From: a virus
Lineage: Duplodnaviria > Caudoviricetes
DNA: 28,740 nt
IMG/VR virus record: IMGVR_UViG_3300025168_000467
Coordinates: 1-28,740 of that record
Direction: 5' to 3' (one strand)
Below are positions 1 to 6,534 of this stretch, piece after piece. Each line of letters starts with the position of its first letter. Position 1 is the first letter of the stretch. Under the pieces are notes generated by a model that made no database searches, was not told where the DNA came from, and saw only the letters and a list, made by a program, of their open reading frames with translations. The position numbers and the translations under genes are program-made.

Positions 1-1
1 A

Positions 2-181
2 GTAAGTAACTTACAAAAAACCTTAGATGAGATAAAGATAGAAGTTAAGGAAAATAGAAGTGCTATCCAATCTCTCAAACAAGAAATGGCTACTGGCAAA
101 GGTAGTATTAAAGCAGTCATGTGGATAGGAGCGGCTACCGCCGCAATTTGGACAATAATGAAAATTTTAAAGATAGGATAG
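2..181 (+). CDS. 3' end of a small coiled-coil protein with a C-terminal hydrophobic helix (partial, runs off the window start)
   Basis: Frame 2 is open from base 2 to TAG 179-181: VSNLQKTLDEIKIEVKENRSAIQSLKQEMATGKGSIKAVMWIGAATAAIWTIMKILKIG. Not in the ORF track. Confidence 0.7.
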   Translation, partial: VSNLQKTLDEIKIEVKENRSAIQSLKQEMATGKGSIKAVMWIGAATAAIWTIMKILKIG

Positions 182-213
182 AAATGAAAACAGAACAAAT
201 AGGGAGTTTATTA

Positions 214-315
214 ATGAATGATATTTCAGCATTAAACTTAATAATATTAGTAGTGTTACTTTTCTTAGTAAAAAAGAATAAATGTAACTGCGGCTGTGGC
301 TCATGCTCCAAGTAA
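214..315 (+). CDS. 33-aa single-TM peptide with a Cys-rich tail (CNCGCGSC)
   Basis: GGGAG RBS at 202-206, ATG at 214, MNDISALNLIILVVLLFLVKKNKCNCGCGSCSK. The track start at 121 overlaps the upstream gene. Confidence 0.6.
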   Translation: MNDISALNLIILVVLLFLVKKNKCNCGCGSCSK

Positions 316-713
316 TAGGAAGTTTATTAGGGGGTAAAGACGGAGCTTTAAAAACTATTGCAAAAGTAGTTGACGAAATCCATACCTCAGAAGATGAGAA
401 ACTAGATAAAAAAATATTAATGCAACGTATTCAGCAAAAGTTAGCTGAAAAACAATTAGATGTAAATAAAGTCGAAGCAGGTCACAGGTCAATATTTGTG
501 AGCGGTTGGAGACCTGCAATCGGTTGGGTAGGCGGCTTTGCTTTAATGTTTGAGTTCATACTTTCACCTTCAATAGAATGGTACGCAAAATTTTCAGGAT
601 TAGAAATAACTGCTCCTAATATAGAAACTGGTTCGCTTCTAGCAATAGTCACTTCAATGTTGGGTGTTGCAGGAATGAGAAGTTTTGAAAAATCGAAAGG
701 ACTAACAAAGTAA
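303..713 (+). CDS. holin, 3TM (GTA-holin-like) family
   Basis: SGWRPAIGW motif, hydrophobic segments and C-terminal MLGVAGMRSFEK are typical of this family. Lies in the late lysis/packaging region. Confidence 0.8.
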   Translation: MLQVIGSLLGGKDGALKTIAKVVDEIHTSEDEKLDKKILMQRIQQKLAEKQLDVNKVEAGHRSIFVSGWRPAIGWVGGFALMFEFILSPSIEWYAKFSGLEITAPNIETGSLLAIVTSMLGVAGMRSFEKSKGLTK

Positions 714-862
714 TGACTAAAAAAGGATTATATGCAAACATTCACGCTAAACGTAAAAGAATTGCGTCTGGTAGTAATGAAAGAATGAGAAAAGTTGGAA
801 CAAAAGGTTCTCCTACCGCCGCAAATTTTAAAAGAGCGGCTAAAACTGCGAAAGGAAAATAA
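713..862 (+). CDS. 49-aa highly basic phage protein
   Basis: TAATG coupling with the holin; MTKKGLYANIHAKRKRIASGSNERMRKVGTKGSPTAANFKRAAKTAKGK. Confidence 0.75.
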   Translation: MTKKGLYANIHAKRKRIASGSNERMRKVGTKGSPTAANFKRAAKTAKGK

Positions 863-863
863 C

Positions 864-914
864 ATGCCAAAAAAACCAAAACCTAAACCAAAACCGAAAC
901 CAAAGGGATATTAA
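864..914 (+). CDS. 16-aa Pro-Lys repeat peptide
   Basis: AAAGGA RBS at 851-856; MPKKPKPKPKPKPKGY. Fills the gap between neighbours almost exactly, and the Pro codons vary (cca/cct/ccg). Confidence 0.5.
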   Translation: MPKKPKPKPKPKPKGY

Positions 915-1034
915 ATGCAAAATTTTTTAGACGAGTTTAAATACTCATGGAAAGGGTTAAATAAAAACTTTAGACGTTTTTTAATAGGTGTAGGAATTAT
1001 CCTGCTAGTTATTCTTTGGAATAACATCTTTTAA
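915..1034 (+). CDS. 39-aa membrane peptide
   Basis: MQNFLDEFKYSWKGLNKNFRRFLIGVGIILLVILWNNIF; TAATG overlap with the next gene. Confidence 0.65.
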   Translation: MQNFLDEFKYSWKGLNKNFRRFLIGVGIILLVILWNNIF

Positions 1035-1261
1035 TGAATGAAAAGGAAAATCCACAAGTAAAACCAAACATAGAAAAGATAATAGAAGAGTTACCTATTC
1101 TTTTAGTTTCTCAAGCCTACAAAAAACTAACTTCAGGTGAAGACCTAACAGCTTCAGAAATGAAAGTGTGTTTAGACGTATGCAAAACATACAGTAGTGA
1201 AAATATTGTAGAGAAAGCTAAGAATATACTTGAGGACTTACCTTATGACACTGACGGATAA
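1034..1261 (+). CDS. terminase small subunit (T7 gp18-like)
   Basis: 75 aa, directly upstream of and overlapping the large terminase. Size, position and the C-terminal LPY motif fit. Confidence 0.7.
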   Translation: MNEKENPQVKPNIEKIIEELPILLVSQAYKKLTSGEDLTASEMKVCLDVCKTYSSENIVEKAKNILEDLPYDTDG

Positions 1262-2894
1262 ACGTATAAAGAATTTTAAAAACTTTTTATACTTATGTTG
1301 GAAACATTTAAACTTACCTGAACCAACACCCATACAATATGATATAGCTGACTATCTACAATCAGATGAGAAAAGAATAGTTATAGAAGCATTTAGGGGT
1401 GTAGGCAAATCTTGGATTACAAGTGCATTTGTTTGTCATCAACTATTATTAAATCCTCAAAGAAATATCTTGGTTGTATCTGCAAGTAAAAGTAGAGCAG
1501 ATGACTTTAGTACATTTACACAGCGTCTCATAGCTGAGATGCCTCTATTACAGCACTTACAGCCTAGAAATGAACAACGACAAAGTAAAGTTAGCTTTGA
1601 TGTTGCACCTGCATTAGCGTCACATGCACCCTCAGTAAAATCTATGGGTATTACAGGACAGCTTACAGGTTCAAGAGCAGACTTAATTATTGCTGATGAC
1701 GTTGAGTCAGCTAATAACTCTCAAACACAATTAATGAGAGACAGATTAGGTGAAACAGTAAAAGAATTTGATGCAATTATAAAACCTAAAGTTGGTAGAA
1801 TTGTATTTCTAGGTACACCACAAACTGAAATGTCATTATATAATGATTTAGAAGAGCGTGGGTTTAAAACTAGAATATGGACAGCTTTATATCCTGATAA
1901 AGTACAGACAGTAGGGTATGGGCATAAGATAGCTCCAGTTATTAATAATGTTATAGACAAAGAAGGTAAACCTACTGACCCTTTAAGGTTCAATGAAATA
2001 GATTTGATGGAACGATTAAGTTCTTATGGTCGTTCAGGGTTTAACTTACAGTTTATGTTAGATACTTCTTTATCTGACGCAAACAAACACCCTCTTAAAC
2101 TTAATGATTTAATTACGGTGTCAGGTTGCACAACATGGGAAGAAGCTCCTGCTAAGATACAATGGGCTTCAGGACAAGACCAAATAAAAGCGGTTGACCC
2201 TGAGTTACCTAATGTTGGACTTAAAGGTGATTATTGGACATCTCCTCTTTATATGTCAGACGAATTTACACCATTTGAAGGTGTAGCCATGTCTATTGAC
2301 CCTTCAGGTCGTGGTGCAGATAAGACAGCGTATGCAGTTCTTAAAATGTTGCATGGTGTTCTGTATTTAACAGACATAGGAGCATTAGAAGGTGGTTATT
2401 CTGATACTGTATTAGAGAAATTATCTAACATTGCTAAAAGAAATAAAGTAAATCATGTGGTTATCGAGAGTAACTTTGGTGATGGTATGGCTACAGCCTT
2501 ACTAAAACCTGTTATGGCTAAGATACACCCATGTGAAATAGAAGAAGTAAGACATAATATTCAAAAAGAGAAGAGAATTATAGACACATTAGAGCCTATT
2601 ATGAATACTCATAGGCTTGTTATTGATGAATTACTCGTCAAAGAAGACTTTAAACTAGACCCTGACCATCAGTTATTTAGACAGATGACTAGAATAACAA
2701 GAGAGAAGGGTGCGTTAAGACATGATGACCAAATAGATGCTTTAGCTATTGCGGCTAACTATTGGGTTGAGAGAATTGACAGAGACCAAACTCTAGCTTT
2801 TGACCAACATAAAGATGATTTGATTAATCAAGATTTAGAGAGGTTTATGGAACATACCATAGGCAGACAATCAAGAGACGATAGGTGGATATAG
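1245..2894 (+). CDS. terL: terminase large subunit (T7 gp19-like DNA maturase B)
   Basis: Walker A AFRGVGKS, LTGSRADLIIADDVE, LGTPQ, nuclease motifs IDPSGRGAD and HDDQIDALA. Start set at ATG 1245, after GAGG. Confidence 0.97.
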   Translation: MTLTDKRIKNFKNFLYLCWKHLNLPEPTPIQYDIADYLQSDEKRIVIEAFRGVGKSWITSAFVCHQLLLNPQRNILVVSASKSRADDFSTFTQRLIAEMPLLQHLQPRNEQRQSKVSFDVAPALASHAPSVKSMGITGQLTGSRADLIIADDVESANNSQTQLMRDRLGETVKEFDAIIKPKVGRIVFLGTPQTEMSLYNDLEERGFKTRIWTALYPDKVQTVGYGHKIAPVINNVIDKEGKPTDPLRFNEIDLMERLSSYGRSGFNLQFMLDTSLSDANKHPLKLNDLITVSGCTTWEEAPAKIQWASGQDQIKAVDPELPNVGLKGDYWTSPLYMSDEFTPFEGVAMSIDPSGRGADKTAYAVLKMLHGVLYLTDIGALEGGYSDTVLEKLSNIAKRNKVNHVVIESNFGDGMATALLKPVMAKIHPCEIEEVRHNIQKEKRIIDTLEPIMNTHRLVIDELLVKEDFKLDPDHQLFRQMTRITREKGALRHDDQIDALAIAANYWVERIDRDQTLAFDQHKDDLINQDLERFMEHTIGRQSRDDRWI

Positions 2895-2918
2895 TACCCT
2901 TCTAACAGGAGGTACTTT

Positions 2919-3401
2919 ATGAAAGTATTAGTATTTATCGTTATATTCTTTAGCTCATTTAATGTATTTGCGGAAGATTATCAAGAGAGGTTTGTTAACA
3001 CTATAAAGGCATGTTTAAAAGCTCATAACAGCGTCTCAGAGTCGTTTATACCTGAGAGCCTAGTGATTGCTCAAGGTGTAATAGAGTCTAACTGGGGTCG
3101 TAGTCGATTTGCTACGGAAGGTAACGCTTTATTTGGTATCCGTACTTATGATTTAGATATACCTCACATGAAGCCTTTGAATAATCTTCATGCTAACTTT
3201 GGTGTAAAGATATATGAAAGTGATTGTGACTCAGTAAGTGATTATATTATCTTATTAGAAACATCACATCATTATGAAGGATTAAGACAAACACTAACGT
3301 ATGAGAACCACACAATGAAAGATATTGTGTATTCTCTTAAAGTATATTCAGAAAACTCTGAGTATCCTCAACTATTATTATCATTAACAAGGAAGTTTTA
3401 A
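2919..3401 (+). CDS. GH73/Bax-like glucosaminidase with an N-terminal signal peptide
   Basis: AQGVIESNWGRSRFA and NALFGI motifs, C-terminal YSENSEY, hydrophobic N-terminus ending VFA; AGGAGG RBS. Confidence 0.85.
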   Translation: MKVLVFIVIFFSSFNVFAEDYQERFVNTIKACLKAHNSVSESFIPESLVIAQGVIESNWGRSRFATEGNALFGIRTYDLDIPHMKPLNNLHANFGVKIYESDCDSVSDYIILLETSHHYEGLRQTLTYENHTMKDIVYSLKVYSENSEYPQLLLSLTRKF

Positions 3402-3812
3402 ATGAAAGACGTCAAAGCTCGTATTAAACAGCACGAAGGTTACAGATTAGAAGCCTATAAATGTACTGAAGGCTATTTAACAGGTGGATACGGACATAGA
3501 ATTATGGACGGAGAAGCTATACCTTCAACTAAAGAAGGTTGGGAAGAGATATTTGAGTCAGACTTTGATACAGCCTGTGTAGGAGCTTCAGAGCTTGTAA
3601 CTAATCCTGAAGTTAATCAAACCGCTCATGGCTTAGTTGTGGAGATGGTATTCCAAATGGGGACTTACGGTGTCTCTAAGTTTGTCAGGTTTTTAAAAGC
3701 GGTGAATGACCAACAGTATAAAGTTGCAAGTATGGAAATGCTAGACTCAAAGTGGGCAAAGCAGACACCAGAGAGAGCTAAAAGTATGTCAGAGGTAATG
3801 GCAAATATTTGA
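3402..3812 (+). CDS. phage lysozyme (GH24, T4-lysozyme-like endolysin)
   Basis: HEGYRLEAYKCTEGYLTGGYGH catalytic segment, MVFQMG, MLDSKWAKQTPERA. Confidence 0.9.
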   Translation: MKDVKARIKQHEGYRLEAYKCTEGYLTGGYGHRIMDGEAIPSTKEGWEEIFESDFDTACVGASELVTNPEVNQTAHGLVVEMVFQMGTYGVSKFVRFLKAVNDQQYKVASMEMLDSKWAKQTPERAKSMSEVMANI

Positions 3813-3862
3813 TAGAAAAATATGAGTAGGTATCATCGATAATGACTATCCAATTTTCCCCA

Positions 3863-3920
3863 TAGCCCACGCCAAAAACGCCAAAGACAGCCCAAAAAAA
3901 GCCAATGAATAAGCCAAAAA
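3863..3920 (+). repeat. cluster of short GCC(C)AA repeats in the non-coding end region
   Basis: gcccac, gccaaaaa, gccaaag, gcccaaaa, gccaat, gccaaaaa spaced about 7-12 nt apart. Confidence 0.5.
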
Positions 3921-4023
3921 TCCTGTGTATATGAGGATATTCAATCCTTTGTATATCAAAGCTAATTAAATGTTTTGTTTATGTGTGAGGTAGGGTCTAT
4001 TTTTTTCTAATACTATTCATATG

Positions 4024-4044
4024 TATTAAAGTTCCCATAGTAGA
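4024..4044 (+). promoter_or_regulatory. putative phage RNA polymerase promoter (left-end copy)
   Basis: TATTAAAGTTCCCATAGTAGA is identical over 21 bp to 8867-8887. Confidence 0.7.
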
Positions 4045-4078
4045 GATAAGAAGCTAAACACTAGCTATATAGTACAGC

Positions 4079-4119
4079 ATCATTACTCCTTATTAATACA
4101 CTTAGTTATCATTACTCCT
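4079..4119 (+). repeat. 12-bp direct repeat ATCATTACTCCT x2
   Basis: Exact copies at 4079-4090 and 4108-4119. Confidence 0.7.
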
Positions 4120-4124
4120 GCATT

Positions 4125-4164
4125 AAATAGATAGGCTTATAATTATAGGCTTATCTATTTTTTT
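4125..4164 (+). terminator. long AT-rich hairpin followed by a T-run; possible intrinsic terminator
   Basis: AAATAGATAGGCTTATA pairs with TATAGGCTTATCTATTT (G-U pairs included), followed by TTTT. Confidence 0.45.
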
Positions 4165-4195
4165 AAATTAATTACAACTTATCAACAATCCGTTG

Positions 4196-4223
4196 TTGAC
4201 TTTAAATCATAAATAACTAAATT
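4196..4223 (+). promoter_or_regulatory. candidate host sigma70 early promoter
   Basis: TTGACT (4196-4201), 16-bp spacer, TAAATT (4218-4223), upstream of the early transcript leader. Confidence 0.45.
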
Positions 4224-4270
4224 AAATATTGATTAAGGGTTTTGCATATTTCGCCCTGATAACAAAAATA

Positions 4271-4386
4271 TAGAGCCTTTGGCGGTTGCGTCCTTTTTGG
4301 GCGGTATCTGAACCGAGTTTGTTTTTAAAGCTAAAGGGAAGCCCTCTCTACCTGAAGGCGGTAGCATGTTTGCTAAGTAGGTCAGG
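4271..4386 (+). ncRNA. GC-rich multi-stem structured leader of unknown class
   Basis: Nested pairings TAGAG 4271-4275/CTCTA 4346-4350, CCTTTGGC 4276-4283/GCTAAAGG 4330-4337, CGGTT/AACCG, CGTCC/GGGCG, plus CTACC/GGTAG and TAGCA/TGCTA hairpins. No convincing ORF. Confidence 0.45.
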
Positions 4387-4391
4387 TTGTT

Positions 4392-4449
4392 TTGTTTGTC
4401 TGTAATTATTTATTACATTGATAAGAACAATTAAGTTCGAAACAAACAA
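4392..4449 (+). ncRNA. hammerhead ribozyme HHR1, type III, U3-A8 core variant
   Basis: Stem III TTGTTTGT/ACAAACAA, GTC triplet (cut after 4400), stem I TGTAAT/ATTACA, core TTGATAA 4418-4424, stem II GAAC/GTTC, GAAA 4439-4442. Confidence 0.85.
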
Positions 4450-4465
4450 CAACAAGGAAACAACA

Positions 4466-4711
4466 ATGAATACAGAAAAAAAACAAATACATGAAGCGGA
4501 TAAAGAATGGAAACTTGGATTAGGTATCGCATTTAGAGCGTTACTCGGTGTGCCTAATAGTAAAAAAAATCATGGTTTATATAATGATTTTATTCATGCT
4601 TATTGTCTTTTTAAAAAAGACCAAATTGTAAAATGTGGTGATATTCACAGAACATATCTAACATTACAATTAAAAAAATACGACAACACACATTATGAGG
4701 CGGCTCAATAG
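4466..4711 (+). CDS. early hypothetical protein (81 aa)
   Basis: AAGGA RBS, then ATG 4466. The track start at 4418 lies inside the ribozyme. Confidence 0.8.
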   Translation: MNTEKKQIHEADKEWKLGLGIAFRALLGVPNSKKNHGLYNDFIHAYCLFKKDQIVKCGDIHRTYLTLQLKKYDNTHYEAAQ

Positions 4712-4727
4712 AGCCGTTTATGTCTTA

Positions 4728-4777
4728 GTGTCTACATTTATAAAATGTACTGATGAGCTTATCTAAAAGCGAAACAC
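4728..4777 (+). ncRNA. hammerhead ribozyme HHR2, type III
   Basis: Stem III GTGT/ACAC, GTC (cut after 4732), stem I TACATTT/AAATGTA, CTGATGA 4750-4756, stem II GCTT/AAGC, GAAA 4771-4774. Confidence 0.93.
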
Positions 4778-4802
4778 AGCAACAACAACAAGGAAAACAA
4801 CA

Positions 4803-4946
4803 ATGACAAAACAACAAGTTGAACAACAACAACATCAACAATGGTTAAAGCGTCAGGTTAATATCAAAAAACCTGATACATCAAAGCATGATTTAAAGAT
4901 TGCTGAAATGCACATTAACAATCCATTTTTCAAAAGGGGGTTTTAA
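4803..4946 (+). CDS. early hypothetical protein (47 aa, Gln-rich N-terminus)
   Basis: CAA-rich leader and AAGGA RBS; MTKQQVEQQQHQQWLKRQVNIKKPDTSKHDLKIAEMHINNPFFKRGF. Confidence 0.75.
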   Translation: MTKQQVEQQQHQQWLKRQVNIKKPDTSKHDLKIAEMHINNPFFKRGF

Positions 4947-5032
4947 TGGAGTGGGAATATATTGTTTTATTTTTAGTTTGGATTGCACCTATTTTAATAT
5001 TTTGTTTAGATAAAGGGGAATTAAATGATTAG
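4946..5032 (+). CDS. 28-aa membrane peptide
   Basis: TAATG coupling, AGGGGG RBS; MEWEYIVLFLVWIAPILIFCLDKGELND. Confidence 0.65.
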   Translation: MEWEYIVLFLVWIAPILIFCLDKGELND

Positions 5033-5198
5033 AAATATATTAGAGTCTTTCACAATCGCTTTATCATTACCAATTTTATTATTTGCTCCTATACTTGGGA
5101 TAGTGGCACTGGCTAACGGTCACTTTGATTTAGCGTTTATTAGTTTTATTATAACCGCTATCGCTTTAGTTTTAAGCGGCATTTATAATGACTATTAA
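5025..5198 (+). CDS. 57-aa two-TM membrane protein
   Basis: AAGGGG RBS; MIRNILESFTIALSLPILLFAPILGIVALANGHFDLAFISFIITAIALVLSGIYNDY. Confidence 0.7.
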   Translation: MIRNILESFTIALSLPILLFAPILGIVALANGHFDLAFISFIITAIALVLSGIYNDY

Positions 5199-5409
5199 AA
5201 CAAGCATAGAATTGACTGATGATTGTATTGTTTATCAAGACAATAAAAAATTATTAATTGATTTACAGGCTACAAAGAAAAAAGCGGAGAATTTATATCA
5301 TGAGCTATTATGGTTTGATGAGATAAAAAAAGCTAATACAGTTAAATTTTTTTTAACAGGAATAAACTTAACTATTAACGAGGGCAGGGACGTTGAACCT
5401 GCTTTTTAA
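5188..5409 (+). CDS. early hypothetical protein (73 aa)
   Basis: ORF track; overlaps the upstream stop and ends just before HHR3. Confidence 0.75.
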   Translation: MTIKTSIELTDDCIVYQDNKKLLIDLQATKKKAENLYHELLWFDEIKKANTVKFFLTGINLTINEGRDVEPAF

Positions 5410-5413
5410 TCCA

Positions 5414-5469
5414 GTAACACTGATGAGCTTTAAATAAGCGAAACGCCCTGAAATATGGGCGTCTGTTAC
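5414..5469 (+). ncRNA. hammerhead ribozyme HHR3, type I
   Basis: Stem I GTAACA/TGTTAC, CTGATGA 5420-5426, stem II GCTT/AAGC, GAAA 5440-5443, stem III CGCCC/GGGCG, GTC (cut after 5463). Confidence 0.95.
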
Positions 5470-5512
5470 ATTTAGACGTAACAAACAACAACAACAACAA
5501 AGGACAAACAAC

Positions 5513-5920
5513 ATGAAATCTTACCAAATGACTAACCCAAGTTCAGGGAATGTGGTTAATAATCAATATACTATTTTTGACGGCTTAGGTAATACGTTTT
5601 TTCAGAGCTACCATACTATGATAGCTAAAATTAATGATTATGGAAAAGTTTTTTTAGATACTAATTACTGGAATTACTCACGCACTACAGGAAAATATAG
5701 AAATGAATTTCTTGGTGAACGTATAGCAGAGACAAGAAAAAAAATAGATAACGGTGAATATAAACTTGTAGACCTCAATGAAGAGTATGCAAAGCACCAA
5801 GAAGAGGAGCTAAAAAACAAATACTTTACAAAATGGAAGAGTGAAGAGGAGGAGAAGGCTCAAGCGTTTAGAAATGAGCGTGTAGCGTTAAGAAGAGAAT
5901 TAAACGGCTTTAGAGACTAA
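5513..5920 (+). CDS. early hypothetical protein (135 aa)
   Basis: CAA leader and AAAGGA RBS; FQSYHTMIA and YSRTTGKYRNEFLG motifs; charged C-terminal helix. Confidence 0.85.
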   Translation: MKSYQMTNPSSGNVVNNQYTIFDGLGNTFFQSYHTMIAKINDYGKVFLDTNYWNYSRTTGKYRNEFLGERIAETRKKIDNGEYKLVDLNEEYAKHQEEELKNKYFTKWKSEEEEKAQAFRNERVALRRELNGFRD

Positions 5921-5922
5921 CA

Positions 5923-5980
5923 AAAAGCGAAACGCCTAGAAATAGGCGTCCATAGTTTATAACTATGCTGATGAGCTTTT
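5923..5980 (+). ncRNA. hammerhead ribozyme HHR4, type II
   Basis: Stem II AAAAGC/GCTTTT, GAAA 5929-5932, stem III CGCCTA-gaaa-TAGGCG, GTC (cut after 5950), stem I CATAGTT/AACTATG, CTGATGA 5968-5974. Confidence 0.95.
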
Positions 5981-6004
5981 AACAACAACAAAAGGACAAA
6001 CAAC

Positions 6005-6184
6005 ATGAAAATAGATTTTTACACTGAAGATACAACAGAAGGAAAGCAACTTGTCATTGTATTTGAAAAATCAAAAGGCAAGTATCAACAAAGGATTATA
6101 GGACTATTAAAAGATATTAAAGTTTCAGAAAAAGAAGCGGAAAAAATTGAAAGTTTATTAATAGATTTAGAACATGTTAAATAA
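6005..6184 (+). CDS. early hypothetical protein (59 aa)
   Basis: AAAGGA RBS; MKIDFYTEDTTEGKQLVIVFEKSKGKYQQRIIGLLKDIKVSEKEAEKIESLLIDLEHVK. Confidence 0.8.
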   Translation: MKIDFYTEDTTEGKQLVIVFEKSKGKYQQRIIGLLKDIKVSEKEAEKIESLLIDLEHVK

Positions 6185-6284
6185 TCTTTTAATAATATTG
6201 GCTTTCGTTCCTGCTCTTTTTATTCTTTATGCAATAGAGAAAAAATGGACTGATAAACTTACTGATTATTTTAACAATAAGTAA
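6174..6284 (+). CDS. 36-aa membrane peptide
   Basis: MLNNLLIILAFVPALFILYAIEKKWTDKLTDYFNNK; the stop TAA lies in HHR5 stem I. Confidence 0.6.
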   Translation: MLNNLLIILAFVPALFILYAIEKKWTDKLTDYFNNK

Positions 6285-6343
6285 CACTGATGAGCTTTTA
6301 ATAAGCGAAATTAGACCGCATTTATTGCGGTTTAATCTGTTAC
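6281..6343 (+). ncRNA. hammerhead ribozyme HHR5, type I
   Basis: Stem I GTAACA/TGTTAC, CTGATGA 6287-6293, stem II GCTT/AAGC, GAAA 6307-6310, stem III TTAGACCGCA/TGCGGTTTAA, ATC triplet (cut after 6337). Confidence 0.93.
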
Positions 6344-6420
6344 AATCTAACATTTTTTAGAATTGCAACGCCAAACAATCTAATTTTTAGGGGTAATCTT
6401 ACCCTAATTTTTCTATTTTG

Positions 6421-6503
6421 TGATGACTAGACGGCAATCATTATTTCATAATGTGATGACTAGACGGCAATGCTCAAAATTCCATTTGATGACTAGACGG
6501 CAA
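6421..6503 (+). repeat. three exact 17-bp direct repeats TGATGACTAGACGGCAA with 33-bp period
   Basis: Copies at 6421-6437, 6454-6470 and 6487-6503, with unrelated 16-bp spacers. Confidence 0.95.
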
Positions 6504-6534
6504 CAACAAACAACAACAATAAGGGAAATATATT

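Noticed and set aside
4418-4465. N-terminal extension of the first early ORF from TTG 4418
   Set aside because: It lies within the HHR1 core and CAA leader; the RBS points to ATG 4466.
6421-6503. Mini CRISPR array
   Set aside because: The 17-bp repeats and 16-bp spacers are too short, the repeat is not palindromic and no cas genes are present. Kept as phased direct repeats.
6421-6503. Additional hammerheads suggested by TGATGA in the repeats
   Set aside because: No C3, no stem II followed by GAAA, and no stem III/NUH arrangement.
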